Source: an uncultured virus (IMG/VR IMGVR_UViG_2061766007_000155) (Duplodnaviria; Heunggongvirae; Uroviricota; Caudoviricetes). From it: a stretch of DNA of 20,000 nt. The translations under genes and the position numbers were made by a program. A model generated the notes under the pieces. The model ran no database searches. It was not told the origin of the DNA and worked only from the letters and a program-made list of their open reading frames with translations. Numbering within the stretch: position 1 is the first letter of the stretch; each line of letters opens with the position of its first letter. The DNA is taken from IMG/VR virus record IMGVR_UViG_2061766007_000155. The stretch is one strand, 5' to 3'. Of this stretch, positions 8,701 through 17,314 are shown piece after piece.

Positions 8701-11700
8701 TACGATTACCGTTACCTATGCTGGCGTCACCGCAACGGGTACCGTCGATTCCGAAGGCAAGTTCACGGCCACGTTCGCCGAAGGCAGCGAGCCGACGACC
8801 TCCGAGGAACACCCGGTTGCACCTGTAACGGGCACAATCGGTGGGAATACGGTTGCTATCGACGCAACGGTGGAGAAGGCACAGACACCCGATACGCCTG
8901 AGGTGAAGCCAATCTATACCGTCACGAACCTCAAGGTTACTGTAACCACAGGTTCCGAGTACGTGAAGGCCAAGGACAAGGTGACTGCAACAATCACCGG
9001 CGTAACGGGCAAGGCAACCGGTTCCATCGACTCTGTCGGTGAAACTATCACGGCTGTCTTCGACAAGGTCGACGTGGAAGGCTCCATTGCTGATGGCGCC
9101 GATGTTCCCCCGGAAATTGCTGCCGGAGACATCACCAAGGCCACCGTCATGGTGTCCAAGGGCTACTCCGATATCTACATTATCGGCAACTACACGGTCA
9201 TGGTTCCTGTCAANNNNNNNNNNAGACGTCCGACCCGATTACCGACACCGTGACGTTCTACGACGCCATCGTGTCCGATGTGCTTCCGGCCGGCGCAACC
9301 AAGCTCAATTTCCAGTTGCTCAACCTGACGCAGACCAACAAGGTCGTGTACGCATCAACGGATACAGGCAAGCGTCCGGCGACGATGACTGTTAGCGATG
9401 TCAAGTATACCTACAAGAAGAAGTCCGATGGTAAGGATGCCGTTGCTGCCGTGTACGAAATCACGACAGTGACGGGTAGGGTTACTGATGCGGTTACCGG
9501 TGGTGAAATTGTCGAAGTGACTTACGATGGCAAGACTGCAAGCGGTGCCGTTGATGCAAACGGTAACTTCTCCGCAGCTTTTACCGACAAGCCGACTACA
9601 AGCTCAGCTCAGCCTACCTGCAATATCCAGCAGGGTACAATCAATGGTTCTACCGTGGCTATCTCCGGTGCAGCCTTCGTGACTGCAGAGAAGACCCCGG
9701 CCGAAGAAGCGGTCATGCCGGTGTACACCATCACCGCTATTGACGTTACCGCGACCACTACTGCAAAGTACATGTGCGCTGGTGACCAGGCTACGGCAAC
9801 GGTTACCGCCATTGGTGAATCTCGCGTTGGCGAAGTCACAAAGGTAAACGAGGACGATACCTATACGATTAGTCTCGAGGCCGGCTTCGACCTCGAAGGT
9901 ACTCGTAGCTCAGGTGCTGACGTGCCTCCTGCTGCCACGACTGGCTCTGTATCTGGTGTGACTGTTACTGTGACCGAAGGATACTCCGATATCTACATTA
10001 TCGGCAACTACACGGTCATGGTTCCTGTCAATGTGCAGAACAAGACCCCGGCTGTCCTGCTCGACGGCACGTTCGTCAAAGATGACGGCACGGCAGTGTT
10101 CAAGTACCTCAACCTGGTGGACAAACTCGTTGTCGACCACTCCGAGAAGGTCCTTACCGATACCAACATCGGTGCCACCTTCGTGGGTCTCGGTCTCGCC
10201 AACATCCGCTACATCGACGTCAACTTNNNNNNNNNNTCAGGACGGAGAAACATTCCAGCTTACCTATGCCGGCGAAGATACCCTTGACCAGAGCATCTTT
10301 GCTGCCGACGAATGGACTATCGACAATACCGTTGCATCCACATGGGTCGACAGTGTTGGCACGAAGGTGCTTACTGTTGGTAAAGAATCTACGGTCGCTG
10401 ACGTTACCAACGACCTCGTTGCAATCATGCGCGGTGAGGAACTCGGTTACGGGCATGCAAACATTCTCGGNNNNNNNNNNNNNNNNNNNNNNNNNNNNNN
10501 NNNNNNNNNNNNNNNNNNNNNNNNNNNNNNNNNNNNNNNNNNNNNNNNNNNNNNNNNNNNNNNNNNNNNNNNNNNNNCCTGGAACTCGATGCAGTAGGCG
10601 ATGGCGGTCTCGGCGAGGCCAACATCCTCTGGCTCGGCAAGGTGANNNNNNNNNNGGTGTACGACCTCACCGACGAGGGCGAGGCGGTCGCAAGGCTGTA
10701 TCTCTCCGTCGCCTACATGTACAACGGCGTTCTCTACGAGTTCGACGGTACCGTGGTGAAGTATGTCTACAATGACATGCAGCTCTACATCGGCGATTCC
10801 GCCGAAGTCGAACTGGAAGGTTCCGGTGTCTACTTCGTCCTGAACGACAGCGGCGTCATGGAAATGTTCCGCGAGGACAACTCCTACGACCTCTCCGCTA
10901 CGGTCGCCGGCGAAGTCCAGCTCGACGGAACCGTCAAGGCCATCCCGTCCAGCACGACGATTGCCCCGGCCTTCAACACGGAAGACCCGGCAATCATCAA
11001 CAACGCAGTCTGGACCTATGACCCGTTGAAGAACATGTCCACGAGCACGCTCTCCAACGCCTTCAACCTGTACCTCGACAAGGACAAGTCCGACGTGACC
11101 TTCTTCGTCGGTGCCGGTCTCGGCCTGAACAACTTCGGGCTGAAGGGTTACGAGACGCTCAACACCCAGCTCATGCAGGCTATCCTCAGTATCTGCGAAC
11201 TCCGTAAGGACTGCTTCGCTCTGTTCGACGGTGTGGCCGACGCCCGCATCGAGAAGGTGCTCAAGCTTGACTCTCCGGCAAGCCGCTTCGGTTCTGCCCT
11301 CGGCCGCTGGGGCGCAATCTATGACGCTCGCCCAATCTTCTACGATTCCATCATCACCAAGTCCAACGTGGAAATCGCCCCGTCCATCCCGATGGCTTCG
11401 CTCATCACGACGAACCGTAGGGCCGCAATCTTCTGGCATGTTCCGTCAGGCGAGGACACGGGTATGATTCCTGGCGCATGGTGCCGTAAGCTGAAGTACG
11501 AACGCAAGTTCAACTACCCGGAAGACCCGGATTCCGATATCGCAAGGCTTTGCGACATCCACGTGAACCCGTTCCGCTCCAACAAGAAGGGCATCTACTG
11601 CTACGGTGACTACACGATGCAGATGGAAGACACCGCGTTCAATGCGATTAACGTCACTATGCTCGTCGCAGGCATTCACAAGATGTTCTACAACTACCTC

Positions 11701-11994
11701 GACTCCCGCGTGTTCCGCATCAACACCACGGCTCTCCGTGCGCAGATTAGCGGTGACCTCCAGGATAAGCTCGACCAGTTCATGGCTGAAAACCCGGCCG
11801 GCCTGGAAGAGGGTAGCCACGTCATCTGTGATGACACCAACAACCCGCCGGAAGTCATCGAGGCCCATAAGCTCTATGTGGACCTGATGCTGTATCCGAC
11901 AACCAGTACCCGTTACATCTACCTGAGGACCAACGTTCTCAGCAGGACTAACGGGAACGTCATCTCAACCGACATCTCTACGGGTGCCCGCTAA
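4961..11994 (+). CDS. gp18: Contractile tail sheath protein (gp18-like), fragmented into multi-allele pieces; ~1,340 aa when collapsed
   Basis: N-terminus APGVRIELHDRS..AGVVGFAPRGELN..FG; C-terminus CELRKDCFALFD, PSIPMA, FWHVPSG, VNPF, YGDYT, INVTML, VICDDTNNPPEVIEAHKLYVDLMLYPT; followed by the tube gene. Confidence 0.92.
5726..5945 (-). CDS. Tail sheath internal fragment, inverted allele (piece 4)
   Basis: VPPTASTSDVTGLTVTVTEGFADIYMIGNYTVMVPVNVQNTTPAV aligns with the plus-strand fragment around 9922-10100. Confidence 0.85.
5956..6534 (+). CDS. Tail sheath internal fragment, alternative allele
   Basis: NRASGELTVVTKGKVGFAIDDIVYG...FKVTG overlaps the N-terminal fragment and parallels 8465-7840. 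Confidence 0.85.
6545..6966 (-). CDS. Tail sheath variable module, inverted allele (piece 3)
   Basis: EITVTYNGG..DGKFTVTY..KTPAEDDVMPVYTV..AGFDLEGTRN aligns with about 9500-9910. Confidence 0.85.
6978..7339 (+). CDS. Tail sheath internal fragment (near-identical copy at 10238-10470)
   Basis: QDGETFQLTY..EELGYGHANILGDIAK..LEFVTDDIVAITRASV. Confidence 0.85.
7350..7818 (-). CDS. Tail sheath internal fragment, inverted allele (piece 2)
   Basis: EELGYGYANILGDIAK..LEFVTDDIVAITRASV..NFQLLNLTQTNKVVYA. Confidence 0.85.
7840..8465 (-). CDS. Tail sheath internal fragment, inverted allele (piece 1)
   Basis: Begins with gtagatgatatcgtatatgg, identical to 5696-5715; VDDIVYGPAAG...FKVTGQDGSEFQV. Confidence 0.85.
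8476..9213 (+). CDS. Tail sheath variable module, allele 1
   Basis: Bounded by NFQLLNLTQTNKVVYA and GYSDIYIIGNYTVMVPV; Thr/Val/Gly-rich beta-strand pattern. Confidence 0.85.
9224..10226 (+). CDS. Tail sheath variable module, allele 2, plus downstream segment
   Basis: Same two boundary motifs with a divergent interior; continues to GLANIRYIDVN. Confidence 0.85.
10637..11994 (+). CDS. Tail sheath conserved C-terminal fragment
   Basis: Sheath C-terminal domain motifs (RKDCFA, VNPF, CDDTNNPPE). Confidence 0.92.
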
Positions 11995-12012
11995 TCAAAG
12001 GAGGATACATAA

Positions 12013-12759
12013 ATGGCGAACAAACCTTATGGCGTTGAAGTGACAGACAAGAAGAAGATTTTCTTCGCGTCTAACATCGACCACCTGCCGGACCCGGTGC
12101 GAAGCACCCGCTGGCGTCTCTGTGTGGACCAGGGTATCTTCAAGGCAATCGGCCTCAAGCCGACCAACGGTTATGGATTCGGTGAAACCCTCGCTAGCTC
12201 GAAGGAGTTCACCCTCCATATTTCCGATGGCGCCAAGATTCCTGATGCCGTCATCAAGTCCGAGCCAATCTGGTACATGGGCTACGAGAAGAAGTATCCC
12301 GTGCAACAGCAGCAGCTCGCCGGGACGACGACGCTCAACGCCCTCCTCCTCGAAGACGGCAGGGCTTACGAGACGATGCTTGCATGGAACCAGTGCTGCT
12401 TGAACAGCGGTATCCTCAACAAGACTGGCGAGGGGGACACGAACCCCGAGCGCAACCGTCTTGAAGTGGATAGCACGAACAAGCTGTACCTCGGCCTCGG
12501 CCAGCAGGAGAACTACCTGAACTCCACGGCGGTTCTCCTCCGTAACCACCACGTGACACTCGAGCTGTACGACTGGATGTACGGCAACGTAATCATGGGC
12601 ATCCGCTATATCAACGCATGGCCTTCCAAGGTCACCGTTGGCAAGACCCTCGATTACAGCAACGCCACGCTCATGAAGTTCGGCTTCGAGCTCACGTACG
12701 ACCGCTGGAACATCTGGTTCAACCCGGATTACAAGGTCATCAAGCCCGGCCAGCAGTAA
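12013..12759 (+). CDS. gp19: Tail tube protein (gp19-like)
   Basis: Directly after the sheath; DPVRSTRW, IPDAVIKSEPIWYMG, LELYD, NAWPSKVTVG.LDYSN..MKFGFELTYDRW typical of T4-like tube proteins; GGAGGA RBS. Confidence 0.88.
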   Translation: MANKPYGVEVTDKKKIFFASNIDHLPDPVRSTRWRLCVDQGIFKAIGLKPTNGYGFGETLASSKEFTLHISDGAKIPDAVIKSEPIWYMGYEKKYPVQQQQLAGTTTLNALLLEDGRAYETMLAWNQCCLNSGILNKTGEGDTNPERNRLEVDSTNKLYLGLGQQENYLNSTAVLLRNHHVTLELYDWMYGNVIMGIRYINAWPSKVTVGKTLDYSNATLMKFGFELTYDRWNIWFNPDYKVIKPGQQ

Positions 12760-12777
12760 TCTACAGGCAAAATCATC

Positions 12778-12809
12778 AAGGGGCCCGGTTTCCGGGCCCC
12801 TTTTCGTTT
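12778..12809 (+). terminator. Rho-independent terminator after sheath-tube operon
   Basis: GGGGCCCGG-TTT-CCGGGCCCC stem-loop followed by TTTTCGTTT. Confidence 0.9.
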
Positions 12810-12829
12810 GCATTTTGATATAAAAGTTT

Positions 12830-12856
12830 CTAGTTTTCCTGGCGAGGAAACCTATG
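12830..12856 (+). promoter_or_regulatory. CTAGTTTTCCT element forming a hairpin over the uvsY RBS
   Basis: TAGTTTTCCT-GGCG-AGGAAACCTA, 9 of 10 pairs, covering AGGA and the A of the ATG. Confidence 0.55.
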
Positions 12857-13372
12857 GCATCATTTCATATAGACGAAGACGCGATTAACGAGATGGTCGG
12901 CGACCAGAACGCCCCGGTGAACATCCAGATGCAGCGGCTGCGCTCCTGGTGTGCCGAGGCGTTGCGCACCACGAACGACTCCGGGGAACCGGACGCCAAC
13001 ATCGTGTACAAGCAGGGCAATTACAACATGGGCGAGAACGCCATCCATATCGCGATGCTCGCGTTCAAGAACAAGCTCAAGCTCATCGCCCTGAAGAAGG
13101 AATACTCCAAGAAGCGCTGCGAGGTCTACATCCGCATCTCCACCACCAAGCACAAGTGGATTCCCTCCAAGGAAGGGGAGACCATCATGGTGGAGGGTGA
13201 CCCGGACCTCGCCGACCTCAAGGAACGCCTGGAATGCCAGGAGGAGTTCGTGAAGTTCCTGGAGGACATACAGGACAAGATTAGGTACTACCCGAGGAAC
13301 GCCGACGCGATGACCAGGGTACACAACTTCGGCCAGGAAATCGGCCAGATTATAGTGGGGGTAAGAAAATGA
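12854..13372 (+). CDS. uvsY: Recombination mediator UvsY-like protein
   Basis: Helical 172 aa; K.G...MVEGDPDL..LKERLE.QEEFVKFLEDIQDKIRY..RN resembles the UvsY C-terminal pattern (aD.d...l..ki......fLe..lk.I..r...ikN). Confidence 0.7.
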   Translation: MASFHIDEDAINEMVGDQNAPVNIQMQRLRSWCAEALRTTNDSGEPDANIVYKQGNYNMGENAIHIAMLAFKNKLKLIALKKEYSKKRCEVYIRISTTKHKWIPSKEGETIMVEGDPDLADLKERLECQEEFVKFLEDIQDKIRYYPRNADAMTRVHNFGQEIGQIIVGVRK

Positions 13373-13659
13373 TAGGGAACGAGCAGTTCTGTAATGTATG
13401 CTGGCGAGACCAACGCGTTCAGCGACATGTTATACAGATGGTACCGAGATGTCCACATTGCGATGAACCGTACTCTATCAATCTTGACGGAAAGAATGTG
13501 AAGGGTGCGACTCCTGGGCAGACAACGACGGCTGAGTGTGGAAAGTGTGGAAAAGCGTTCAAGTACGTACTCTTTATGTCTCACTACCAAGAGACACCGG
13601 ACATTCCAATATTCAATGGCTTCACGGCCAAGGATGAGGACAGATTATCGGAGGAGTAA
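13369..13659 (+). CDS. Small Zn-ribbon protein; partial second allele at 13755-13956
   Basis: Three CxxC pairs: CNVC, CPHC, CGKC; ATGA overlap with the uvsY stop. Confidence 0.7.
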   Translation: MIGNEQFCNVCWRDQRVQRHVIQMVPRCPHCDEPYSINLDGKNVKGATPGQTTTAECGKCGKAFKYVLFMSHYQETPDIPIFNGFTAKDEDRLSEE

Positions 13660-13663
13660 AGAA

Positions 13664-14171
13664 ATGATTGGAAAGGGATTGCTTAAGATACTTGCCCGCA
13701 AGGGCTGGTGCAAGGACCCCGAAGCACAGGAGGAACTACCGGANNNNNNNNNNTTTGCGGTGAACCGTACTCTATCAATCTTGACGGAACGAATGTGAAG
13801 GGTGCGACTCCTGGGCAGACAGCGACGGCTGAGTGCGGAAAGTGTGGAAAAGCGTTCAAGTACATACTCTTCATGTCTCACTACCAAGAGACACCGGACA
13901 TTCCAATATTTAATGGCTTCACGGCCAAGGATGAGGACAGATTATCGGAGGAGTAAAGAAANNNNNNNNNNGCAGACCACGAGGGCCCTGGCGGAAGGGA
14001 AGAAGCCGGTAGTCGACGGGGTTCCCGTCGAACAGAAGAAGGCGGTACTCGGATGAGCGAACTGAACGAGAAGGATNNNNNNNNNNGCAGACCACGAGGA
14101 CCCTGGCGGAAGGGAAGAAGCCGGTAGTCGACGGGGTTCCAGTCGAACAGAAGAAGGCGGTACTCGGATGA
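13664..14171 (+). CDS. Small hypothetical protein, broken by gaps and duplicated fragments
   Basis: MIGKGLLKILARKGWCKDPEAQEELP (13664-13743) ... LAEGKKPVVDGVPVEQKKAVLG-stop (two copies, ending 14056 and 14171); GGAGGAG RBS; joining of the two halves is inferred. Confidence 0.5.
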
Positions 14172-14935
14172 GCGAACTGAACGAGAATGATACGGTTGAC
14201 GCCGAGACCGTGTTCGACGTGGACTTCACGTCAAACCCGGTATCCGCCGACAAGCCGAAGAAGGAGAAGCCCAAGCAGGTAACCCAGGAGAACCCGTTCG
14301 AGGGGGTCGAGGAGACGCTCGGCCTGCCGAAGGGCTCCACAAAGGAAGGGCTCGCATCGGCCAAGAAGGAAGTCAAGAGGATTACCGACGAGGCGAAGAA
14401 CCTCAAGACGCAGGCGAAGATTGTCGCCACCAAGCAGAAGATGGCGGAGTCGGACGACGGGCTCGTTCCCGGCTTCAGCCTGGAATCGCTCGAGGAGGAC
14501 CGCAAGGCTCTCCGTAACCACTACATGGAGCTGTTCGCTAGGGGCAAGAAGGTGCTCGACCGCATCGAGGAGGACCTGGAGGACCTGGTCAACCCGGAAC
14601 CGGACGACTACGCCAACTACCAGCGACAGTATGCAATCATACTGAAGACCCTGGACAGCATCCGGGAGACCCTGGTCACCCTCCGCAAGGAGGAGGAAAT
14701 CCATTCCCAGAAGACCACCGCCGCGGTGGGCCCGGGAGGGGCCGTCGCCGAGGCAGGCGCGGGCGGCACGAAGGTCAACGAGGACGGCTCGATAGAGGTC
14801 ACCGCACAGGACACCAACGCCTGGATTGCCAAGTGGACCGAGGAGCTCGACAAGGAGACCGCCGCGGACATCCAGAGGGAGTTCGACGAGCGCAACGCGC
14901 CGACGGCCATCGAGGACAAGTCCGGCACGCCATGA
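14168..14935 (+). CDS. Acidic coiled-coil protein, possibly small terminase subunit (gp16-like)
   Basis: EEDRKALRNHYMELFARGKKVLDRI....P....Y...LKTLDSIRETLVTLRK resembles the T4-like TerS two-helix core (DY...R.N...L...G...L.......P...E....L.K........L..L.K). Confidence 0.45.
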   Translation: MSELNENDTVDAETVFDVDFTSNPVSADKPKKEKPKQVTQENPFEGVEETLGLPKGSTKEGLASAKKEVKRITDEAKNLKTQAKIVATKQKMAESDDGLVPGFSLESLEEDRKALRNHYMELFARGKKVLDRIEEDLEDLVNPEPDDYANYQRQYAIILKTLDSIRETLVTLRKEEEIHSQKTTAAVGPGGAVAEAGAGGTKVNEDGSIEVTAQDTNAWIAKWTEELDKETAADIQREFDERNAPTAIEDKSGTP

Positions 14936-14945
14936 CGCATAAATT

Positions 14946-14956
14946 TTGCTATATTT
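14946..14956 (+). promoter_or_regulatory. Extended -10-like promoter motif TTGCTATATTT
   Basis: TGn-TATATT fits the sigma70 extended -10; identical 11-mer at 1999 and 15281/15997. Confidence 0.65.
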
Positions 14957-14995
14957 GTTTCATCATAAACAAAAACTCAACGAAAGGAATGAACA

Positions 14996-15226
14996 ATGTC
15001 TAAAAAAGTCGCATCCGCATGCTGCTGCTCCGTAGCCGACAAGGAAGCCAAGGCAACCATCAAGAAGCTCACCGCCGAAAACGCTAAGCTCCAGAAGGCC
15101 CTCGCCTCCGCCACGGCAAAGCTGGCAAAGAACTCCGAATCCGCCGCCACGAAGCTGGCTAAGGCACAGGATACCATCGCCAAGCTCAAGGATACAGTCG
15201 CCGCCCTCAAGGCCAAGAAGAAGTAA
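14996..15226 (+). CDS. Small basic Lys/Ala-rich coiled-coil protein with N-terminal CCC; extra alleles at 15327-15521 and 15745-15942
   Basis: MSKKVASACCCSVADKEAKATIKKLTAENAKLQKALASATAKLAK...; AAAGGA RBS, own promoter motif and terminator. Confidence 0.75.
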   Translation: MSKKVASACCCSVADKEAKATIKKLTAENAKLQKALASATAKLAKNSESAATKLAKAQDTIAKLKDTVAALKAKKK

Positions 15227-15251
15227 TTTTTCGGCTATTTCCATGACGATG

Positions 15252-15291
15252 ACGGTCGGCATCAGTGATGCCGGCCGTTTTTGCTATATTT
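15252..15291 (+). terminator. Rho-independent terminator whose T-tract runs into a TTGCTATATTT promoter motif (copies at 15547 and 15968)
   Basis: ACGGTCGGCATC-AGT-GATGCCGGCCGT-TTTT then GCTATATTT. Confidence 0.8.
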
Positions 15292-16041
15292 GGGGTTGAG
15301 CATCCCATACGAAAAGNNNNNNNNNNGCAACCGACAAGGAAGCCAAGGCAACCATCAAGAAGCTCACCGCCGAAAACGTTAAGCTCAATAAGGCCCTCGC
15401 CTCCGCCACGGCAAAGCTGGCAAAGACCTCCGAAACCGCAGCCACAAAGCTGGCAAAGGCACAGGATACCATCGCCAAGCTCAAGGATACCATCGCCGCC
15501 CTCAAGGCCAAGAAGAAGTAATTTTTCGGCTGTTTCCATGACGATGACGGTCGGCATCAGCGATGCCGGCCGTTTTTGCTATATTTGGTGTTGAGCATCC
15601 CATACGAAAAGGAGATTACCATGCCCATAGGATTAGTAGNNNNNNNNNNAACGGCCATCGAGGACAAGTCCGGCACGCCATGACGCGTAAATTTTGCTAT
15701 ATTTGTTTCATCATAAACAAAAACTCAACGAAAAGGAATGAACAATGTCTAAAAAAGTCGCATCCGCATGCTGCTGCTCCNNNNNNNNNNNNNNNNNNNN
15801 NNNNNNNNNNNNNNNNNNNNNNNNNNNNNNNNNNNNNNNNNNNNNNNNNNNNNNNNNNNNNNNNNNNNNNNNNNNNNNNNNNNNNNNNNNNNNNNNNNNN
15901 NNNNNNNNNNNAATCGCAGCCCTCAAGGCCAAGAAGAAGTAATTTTTCGGCTGTTTCCATGACGATGGCGGTCGGCATCAGCGATGCCGGCCGTTTTTGC
16001 TATATTTGGGGTTGAGCATCCCATACGAAAAGGAGATTACC

Positions 16042-17228
16042 ATGCCCATAGGATTAGTAGGCGACCTTCACCTCGGGCCGAAGTGCGAGCGTTCAGGAAT
16101 CAAGGAGCACGTGGTGGCCGGACAGGTCGCTTTGCACCAGAAGATGATTGCCGACTTCAGGGTGCGCGGTATCAAGACCGTCCTGTTCTCGGGTGACGTA
16201 TTTACAATCCACGCGTTCATGACGATAGAGGTGATGTCGTATGCAATCAAGCTGTTCCGCGACGACATGAAGGACTTCGATATCCACATCATCGCCGGCA
16301 ACCACGACTACCTCTACGAGAACAAGTCCTCCCTCAGCTCCCTGCAGCTCCTTGAGCTCATCCCGAACGTCCANNNNNNNNNNGTCCTCAATCCTCTACA
16401 TGGGAACCCCGTATCACCTGAGCTTCGCCCACGTGGACACGACGGCCGGATACTACGTNNNNNNNNNNGCTGGAGCTCCTCGGAAAGACCTGGTACATGG
16501 TGCCCTGGATTTTCCCGGACAAGATGGAGGCCACTAGCGAATGGCTGGCAAAGCTTGCAAAGAAGCCTAAGGCAACGAAGGCGAATACGGTATTGTTCGG
16601 GCATTTCGACATCATGGGCTGCCTGATGGAGGCCGGACAGATTTCCGAGGTCGGCCTGCCCGCCGAGAAGTTCTACAAGGCGGCGAACTACGTGTTCAGC
16701 GGCCATTACCACTGCCGTTCCTACAACAAGGGAAAGGACCCGGACGCCTCGATTCTCTACATGGGGACGCCGTACCACCTGAGCTTCGCCCACGTGGACA
16801 CGACGGCCGGATACTACGTCATCAATGACGACATGGGCATCGAGTTCATCGAGAACGACCTTTCCCCGAAGTTCGTCGACGTGGACGACGAGCACCTGGA
16901 GGGTCTCGGCGACCTGACCAACTGCTTCGTCCGCTACTACCACAGGAACGACCGGCCGTACGACGAGTCCAGCGCCCGCAAGAAGAGGCTCATGGAGTAC
17001 AAGCCGCTCTACGTCAAGAGCGTCCCTTACGGCGGTGACGTGGAGACAATCGAGGACGCCAAGAGGCTCGACGACGAGGAGGCACGGCAGCTCCTGAAGG
17101 CCGACAGCCTGACCATGGCCGAGATGTACATGGACCGCTACCCCGAACAGTTGCCCACTTTCTGGTCCGGCGAGGACCCGAAGCAGAAAATTTTGGGGAT
17201 TTTGGCCACCTACGGTAAAAAACTTTAG
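16042..17228 (+). CDS. gp47: Mre11/SbcD-family nuclease (T4 gp47-like); a stray duplicate fragment sits at 16384-16458
   Basis: Metallophosphoesterase motifs GDLHLG, SGDVF, AGNHD, FGHF, FSGHYH, YMGTPYHLSF; AAGGAG RBS. Confidence 0.9.
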
Positions 17229-17234
17229 TAAATG

Positions 17235-17312
17235 CACTAGTTTTCCTTGCAAAGAAGGTTACGGCAGCACAGATTGCTTTGCGCCGGGACACAAAGAGCA
17301 AGGAAACTAGTG
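17235..17312 (+). promoter_or_regulatory. Long inverted repeat sequestering the RBS of the downstream gene
   Basis: CACTAGTTTTCCTTGC (17235-17250) pairs with GCAAGGAAACTAGTG (17298-17312), 15 bp with one bulge; ATG at 17315. Confidence 0.7.
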
Positions 17313-17314
17313 AT

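Noticed and set aside
8476..10226. Diversity-generating retroelement target/template pair
   Set aside because: Differences include indels and all base types rather than adenine-specific changes; no reverse transcriptase is visible
5716..10635. Shufflon or Mu G-type invertible system in the sheath gene
   Set aside because: No invertase in the window, all junctions are N-gaps, and simple inversion cannot retain the constant C-terminus; kept only as a low-probability finding
10447..12813. Long antisense ORFs (10447-11439, 11995-12813; also 4730-5782, 16314-17252, 18287-19396)
   Set aside because: Shadows of strongly biased codon usage opposite well-supported genes; no motifs or RBS
14940..16060. 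Real tandem triplication or CRISPR-like repeat array
   Set aside because: Copies are gap-bounded, overlap the same flanking gene ends and encode the same protein; these are assembly alleles with no repeat-spacer periodicity
16384..16458. Insertion within gp47
   Set aside because: Gap-bounded duplicate of about 16747-16819 with a few SNPs; a misplaced allele fragment
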